From the NCBI GenBank assembly GCA_047947115.1, contig CP170459.1, positions 2,816,001 to 2,880,000 on the forward strand: a stretch of DNA of 64,000 nt, given 5' to 3'. The position numbers and the translations under genes were made by a program. The DNA is from Verrucomicrobiota bacterium. Its GTDB lineage: Bacteria > Verrucomicrobiota > Verrucomicrobiia > Limisphaerales > AAA164-E04. Positions within the stretch are counted from its first letter, which is position 1. Each line of letters opens with the position of its first letter. Of the stretch, positions 59,707 to 64,000 are shown piece by piece. The notes below the pieces were generated by a model, which was not told the DNA's origin, searched no databases, and worked only from the letters and a program-made list of their open reading frames with translations.

Positions 59707-61554
59707 ATGGATTCGACGGAAGCGAAAGAACACCATGGCGCCGAGCATGACGCTGGCCATGGCCATGATCACCATGATCCCGGTTTCATGCGCAAATATA
59801 TCTTCTCCACCGATCATAAAATCATCGGTATTCAGTATGGGCTAACTTCTCTGCTGTTCATGCTAGCGGGATTCTTTCTGATCGCGGTCATGCGCTGGTC
59901 CATTGCATTCCCTGGCGAGCCATTACCGGTAATTGGGTCACTCCTGAACACGTTCATGGCCGGCATGACTTCCCCCGTTTTGGATCCAGAGACCAACGAA
60001 CTGATTGGTTACGCCATTTCGAATGACCTTTACAACTCGTTCGGGGCGATGCACGGAACGATCATGGTCTTCCTGGCTGTCGTTCCTCTGGCATTCGCCG
60101 CATTCGGAAATTATGTGGTGCCCCTGCAGATTGGAGCGATTGACATGGCCTTCCCGAGGTTGAACATGGCCAGTTATCACCTGTTCCTGCTCGGTGGGTT
60201 GGTGATGCTTGGCAGTTTTTTCATTCCCGGTGGTCCGGCGCAGGCTGGGTGGACATCTTACTCGCCGCTGGCCACGTCCATTCCGACAGACGGTCAGTTA
60301 TATTGGCTGATAGCCATGGTGATCATCATTACTTCATCTCTCCTGGGAGCGGTCAACTTCATTGCCACCATCATTCAGTTGCGTGCCCCGGGCATGACTT
60401 GGATGCGGCTACCGTTCTTCTGCTGGGCGCAGTTTGTGACCGCCTTCCTGTTGTTGCTGGCCTTCCCTCCGCTGGAGGTCGGTGCTCTATTGCAGCTGAT
60501 GGACCGCGTTGCCGGTACGAGTTTTTATCTTCCGACAGGTTTAGCGATCTCATCCATGCAAGATGTCAGCGGGGGGGGGAGTCCCTTGCTTTATCAGCAT
60601 TTGTTCTGGTTCTTGGGGCATCCGGAAGTGTACGTCTTGATTCTACCTGCCATGGGGGTTGTTTCAGAGATTATCGCCAACAACACACGTAAGCCCATAT
60701 GGGGTTACAAATCATTGGTTTACTCCACTCTGGTGCTGGGATTTCTTTCCTTCATCGTCTGGGCCCACCATATGTATTTGACGGGTATGGGAACCAAGAT
60801 CTCCACCTTCTTTCAGACCACCACGATGATCATCTCCATTCCATCGGTGATTATTCTGACATGCTTGTTCATATCGCTGTGGGGGGGATCCATCAGGTTC
60901 AACACCCCTATGCTTTTTGCCCTCGCGTTTCTTCCAATGTTTGGTATAGGCGGGCTGACTGGTTTACCACTGGGCTTCAATTACAGTGATATCCACCTGC
61001 ACGACACATACTACGTCATTGGCCACTTTCATTACGTGGTTGCTCCAGGAACCATTTTCGCTCTCATAGCGGGTATCTATTTTTGGTATCCTAAGTTAAC
61101 CGGCCGATACATGAGCGAGTTCTGGGGCAAGGTCCATTTCTGGTGTTCATTTGTGTTCATGAACCTTACCTTCCAGCCCATGTTTGCGCAGGGAATGGCA
61201 GGAATGGAGCGTCGTATGGCTGACGGTGGAGCAGGTTACTCAGTTGCCAACAATCCAGATGCCATCGGTGCTTTGGCGGATCAGTTTCTTAAGCTCAACG
61301 TCAACATCACCTTTGCGGCATATGCCTTGGGTCTATCGCAAATTCCTTTCATCATCAATTTGTTCTACAGCATCTCCAAAGGAAGGAGTGTTGAATCGGA
61401 CAACCCTTGGCAGTCCACCACTTTGGAATGGCAAACTCCAACACCTCCTCCGCATGGTAATTTTACGACGCCTCCGAAAGTTTTTGCTGGTCCATATGAA
61501 TACAGCGTCCCAGGAGCAGCTCAGGATTACAACCCCCAGAATCAGAAATCCTAA
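59707..61554 (+). CDS. ctaD: Cytochrome c oxidase subunit I (A-family)
   Basis: STDHKIIG, MHGTIM, DMAFPRLN, GWTSY, WFLGHPEVY, VWAHHM, HDTYYVIGHFHY, GMERR. Confidence 0.97.
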   Translation: MDSTEAKEHHGAEHDAGHGHDHHDPGFMRKYIFSTDHKIIGIQYGLTSLLFMLAGFFLIAVMRWSIAFPGEPLPVIGSLLNTFMAGMTSPVLDPETNELIGYAISNDLYNSFGAMHGTIMVFLAVVPLAFAAFGNYVVPLQIGAIDMAFPRLNMASYHLFLLGGLVMLGSFFIPGGPAQAGWTSYSPLATSIPTDGQLYWLIAMVIIITSSLLGAVNFIATIIQLRAPGMTWMRLPFFCWAQFVTAFLLLLAFPPLEVGALLQLMDRVAGTSFYLPTGLAISSMQDVSGGGSPLLYQHLFWFLGHPEVYVLILPAMGVVSEIIANNTRKPIWGYKSLVYSTLVLGFLSFIVWAHHMYLTGMGTKISTFFQTTTMIISIPSVIILTCLFISLWGGSIRFNTPMLFALAFLPMFGIGGLTGLPLGFNYSDIHLHDTYYVIGHFHYVVAPGTIFALIAGIYFWYPKLTGRYMSEFWGKVHFWCSFVFMNLTFQPMFAQGMAGMERRMADGGAGYSVANNPDAIGALADQFLKLNVNITFAAYALGLSQIPFIINLFYSISKGRSVESDNPWQSTTLEWQTPTPPPHGNFTTPPKVFAGPYEYSVPGAAQDYNPQNQKS

Positions 61555-61581
61555 CATCAACCAGAGACATTTTCAAAATTC

Positions 61582-62397
61582 ATGGAAGTTCCATACACAG
61601 TTAAGAATCGACCGGACACCGGCCTTTACAATGCCAAGATTGGCATCTGGCTGTTCCTTGCTTCGGAAGTCATGTTATTCGGGGCTCTGTTTTCCTCCTA
61701 CATTTTGTTGCGCGTGACAGCACAGGAAGGAGAGTGGCCAACAGAACTGCTGAATGTTCCCATTGGAACCGTCAACACCCTTGTGCTCATTCTCTCCAGT
61801 GTAACCGTCGTTATGGCCTGGGCATCACTGAAGCTGAACAATTTCAAGAAATTCAAATTTTATCAGGGTCTCACAGTGATATGCGCCATGATATTCGTTA
61901 TGATCAAGTCATACGAGTATCGGGACAAGTTCACACACCATGATGTGTTATTGACTAATGGCATGCGAGTGGATGGACATCTCGTTGAGGAAACGAGTGA
62001 ATACATCGTTTTGAGTCATCCCTTGGAATACCCGGCTGAAAAGGGGATCGGTTATCGTCCCACCGCGCTTCATGAAGCCAAGGAAGAAGCCAATGCTCAC
62101 GGCGGAGGACATCACCACACGGAAGACCGGAAGATCATGTTGTCGGACATTGAAAAACGAACCAATTGGGGGCCTTGGGCAAATACTTATTTTGCTATTT
62201 ACTTCACCTTGACAGGATTGCACGCGCTCCACGTTATCGGCGGAGCTTTGGTGATGGCCTATTTCTGGGGGCCCGGAAGTCGTATGTGGAAGAAAAACCC
62301 CGAACAGTTTACGAATCGTATCGAGGTATCCGGTTTGTTCTGGCATTTCGTCGATCTGGTTTGGATCTTCCTCTTCCCGATCCTTTATTTGTTGTAA
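61582..62397 (+). CDS. ctaE: Cytochrome c oxidase subunit III
   Basis: [54 protein letters not shown]. Confidence 0.95.
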   Translation: MEVPYTVKNRPDTGLYNAKIGIWLFLASEVMLFGALFSSYILLRVTAQEGEWPTELLNVPIGTVNTLVLILSSVTVVMAWASLKLNNFKKFKFYQGLTVICAMIFVMIKSYEYRDKFTHHDVLLTNGMRVDGHLVEETSEYIVLSHPLEYPAEKGIGYRPTALHEAKEEANAHGGGHHHTEDRKIMLSDIEKRTNWGPWANTYFAIYFTLTGLHALHVIGGALVMAYFWGPGSRMWKKNPEQFTNRIEVSGLFWHFVDLVWIFLFPILYLL

Positions 62398-62430
62398 ACG
62401 TGACAAACCCTTAAACATCTCAATTCTATT

Positions 62431-62748
62431 ATGAGCGGACACGGTCCTGAAGAAATCAAGAAAGCGATGAAGAAATACCTTATGGTATTTGGTATCTTGA
62501 TCGTTGGAACCATATTTACAGTCTTGGCGAGTTATATTCATTTTGACAACTTCGCCTTGACGGTTGGGCTGGCCTTGCTGATAGCCACTGTGAAAGCAAG
62601 TTTTGTTGCGTTGTATTTCATGCACTTGATTGAGGAGCGTCAGTCCATCTATCTGGTCCTTGGGTTCACGACCTTCTTTTTTGCAGGATTGATGATCCTG
62701 ACCCTATGGGCATCGGGTGACAAGCCTCTGTATTCGGTGATGCCTTAA
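62431..62748 (+). CDS. Cytochrome c oxidase subunit IV (caa3-type CtaF family)
   Basis: Three TM helices with IATVKASFVALYFMHL. Confidence 0.88.
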   Translation: MSGHGPEEIKKAMKKYLMVFGILIVGTIFTVLASYIHFDNFALTVGLALLIATVKASFVALYFMHLIEERQSIYLVLGFTTFFFAGLMILTLWASGDKPLYSVMP

Positions 62749-62777
62749 CGTCCATAGCGGAGGAAATCTACACACTC

Positions 62778-62987
62778 ATGTCACTTAAAGCTTTTCACAT
62801 TATATTTGTCGCCGTTTCGACTTTGTTATTTGTTTTTTTCGGAACCTGGAGTCTAAATCAATACAGGACAGTTGACTCTAGTGAAATGAACCTCGCATAT
62901 ATTATTATTTCCTTGGCAGGACTTTGTGTATTGCCGGTGTATGGTTGGTATTTTTTGAAGAAACTCAAACACGTCAGTTTTTTATGA
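62778..62987 (+). CDS. Small two-TM membrane protein in the oxidase operon
   Basis: MSLKAFHIIF.., two hydrophobic segments, basic C-terminus. Stop overlaps the next start (ATGA). Confidence 0.7.
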   Translation: MSLKAFHIIFVAVSTLLFVFFGTWSLNQYRTVDSSEMNLAYIIISLAGLCVLPVYGWYFLKKLKHVSFL

Positions 62988-63253
62988 AGCAACGTATTAA
63001 GATCGCATTATTATTGGGCCTTTTTGGTTTGGTGGCGCGTCCCGAAATATTTGCATGTGCCACCTGCTATGGAGAGAGCGATACCAATATGGCAGCCGGT
63101 ATGAGTTGGGGGATTCTCACCTTGATGGTTGTGGCTTACGGCGTGCTGCTCGGTATCCTAAGCTTCTTCGGATACTTGATATATCGAAGTCAACGTATGG
63201 CTTCCTTGATGGATCAGGAGACGACCCATCCATCCGACTCCGTGCACCCCTAA
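62984..63253 (+). CDS. Small membrane protein with CxxC (ACATCYG) in the oxidase operon
   Basis: Signal-like segment, CATC, then one TM helix. Confidence 0.7.
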   Translation: MKQRIKIALLLGLFGLVARPEIFACATCYGESDTNMAAGMSWGILTLMVVAYGVLLGILSFFGYLIYRSQRMASLMDQETTHPSDSVHP

Positions 63254-63283
63254 TTTAATCACTGATATCATCATAAGAGACCT

Positions 63284-64000
63284 ATGTTACAAGAACTGTT
63301 CAATCTGCCAGCAAATCTGCCCGTTGTTGCCTCCGAGCACGGAGCGGATGTGGACAATTTTATCATTTATATCCATTGGTTGATGGCCGCTCTCTTTATT
63401 GGGTGGAGTAGTTACTACATTTACGTCCTCTGGAGGTTTAATGGTAAAAAGAACAAAAAAGCCGATTATCATGGAGCCCGAACACATGTTTCTTCCTACC
63501 TTGAAGTTGCTGTGGCGATCGTGGAAGTAGTCTTGTTGACAGCCTTCGCTATTCCGATGTGGGCCAAAGTGGTTGAAGAGGTGCCCAAACCGGAAGAATC
63601 AACCCAGATTCGTGTCATGGCCCAACAATTTGCATGGAACTTCATGCACCCTGGAGCCGACGACAAATTTGGTAAACAGGCCTTTGACCTAGTCTCCGAG
63701 GAAAATAAATTCGGACGAGACCTGGAAGATGAAAACGGCAAAGATGACATTTTCACCTTGAATGAGATTCATTTACCTGTGGACAAGAAAGTGGTTTTTC
63801 ACACCTCATCTCTTGATGTTATTCATTCTTTCAAAGTCATCGCAATGCGCATTTGTCAGGACACCATTCCGGGAATGAGTATCCCTGTTTGGTGTGAGCC
63901 TCAGAAAGTAGGTCGTTATCAAATTAATTGTGCTCAGCTTTGTGGGAATGGTCATACCGCAATGACCGGAGGATTCCTCAATGTTGATTCTCAGGAAGAT
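63284..64000 (+). CDS. ctaC: Cytochrome c oxidase subunit II (3' end outside the window)
   Basis: Manual translation from ATG 63284 is open to the edge: ASEHGADVD, QQFAW, DVIHSF, CAQLCGNGHTAM (CuA). Absent from the ORF track because it has no stop in the window. Confidence 0.95.
   Translation, partial: MLQELFNLPANLPVVASEHGADVDNFIIYIHWLMAALFIGWSSYYIYVLWRFNGKKNKKADYHGARTHVSSYLEVAVAIVEVVLLTAFAIPMWAKVVEEVPKPEESTQIRVMAQQFAWNFMHPGADDKFGKQAFDLVSEENKFGRDLEDENGKDDIFTLNEIHLPVDKKVVFHTSSLDVIHSFKVIAMRICQDTIPGMSIPVWCEPQKVGRYQINCAQLCGNGHTAMTGGFLNVDSQED

Overview
Chromosomal window of a PVC-superphylum bacterium, most likely Verrucomicrobiota. This is inferred from the MurC-MurB fusion, the DUF1501/PSD1 pair, a PVC-type heme-CxxCH dehydrogenase and prepilin-type genes. 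The left 9.5 kb is accessory: a CAP-domain protein, a decayed type I R-M locus (hsdM missing its catalytic domain, yhcG, an hsdS stump), ISL3 copy 1, a large exported protein broken by one in-frame TGA, and a four-helix-bundle gene enclosed by inverted heptamer repeats. Next come an operon of exported sugar-processing enzymes, queA, and a full dcw cluster (mraZ to ftsZ). The right part holds a MacAB-like ABC exporter, DUF1501/PSD1, ribBA-ribH and an aa3-type cytochrome c oxidase operon that runs off the edge. Four observations stand out. (1) The dcw FtsZ has lost its GTP-binding and hydrolysis motifs, and a second ISL3 copy with an 8-bp target duplication cuts off its FtsA-binding tail, while the rest of the divisome looks intact. 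This suggests FtsZ is dispensable or repurposed here. (2) The A-type oxidase lacks the K-channel lysine and has an extra mid-membrane Glu in subunit II. (3) The four-helix-bundle gene looks like a repeat-bounded cassette. (4) A perfect Rex/CRP-type operator precedes the oxidase operon. No rRNA, tRNA or CRISPR array was seen. All calls come from motif recognition by eye; no searches were run.
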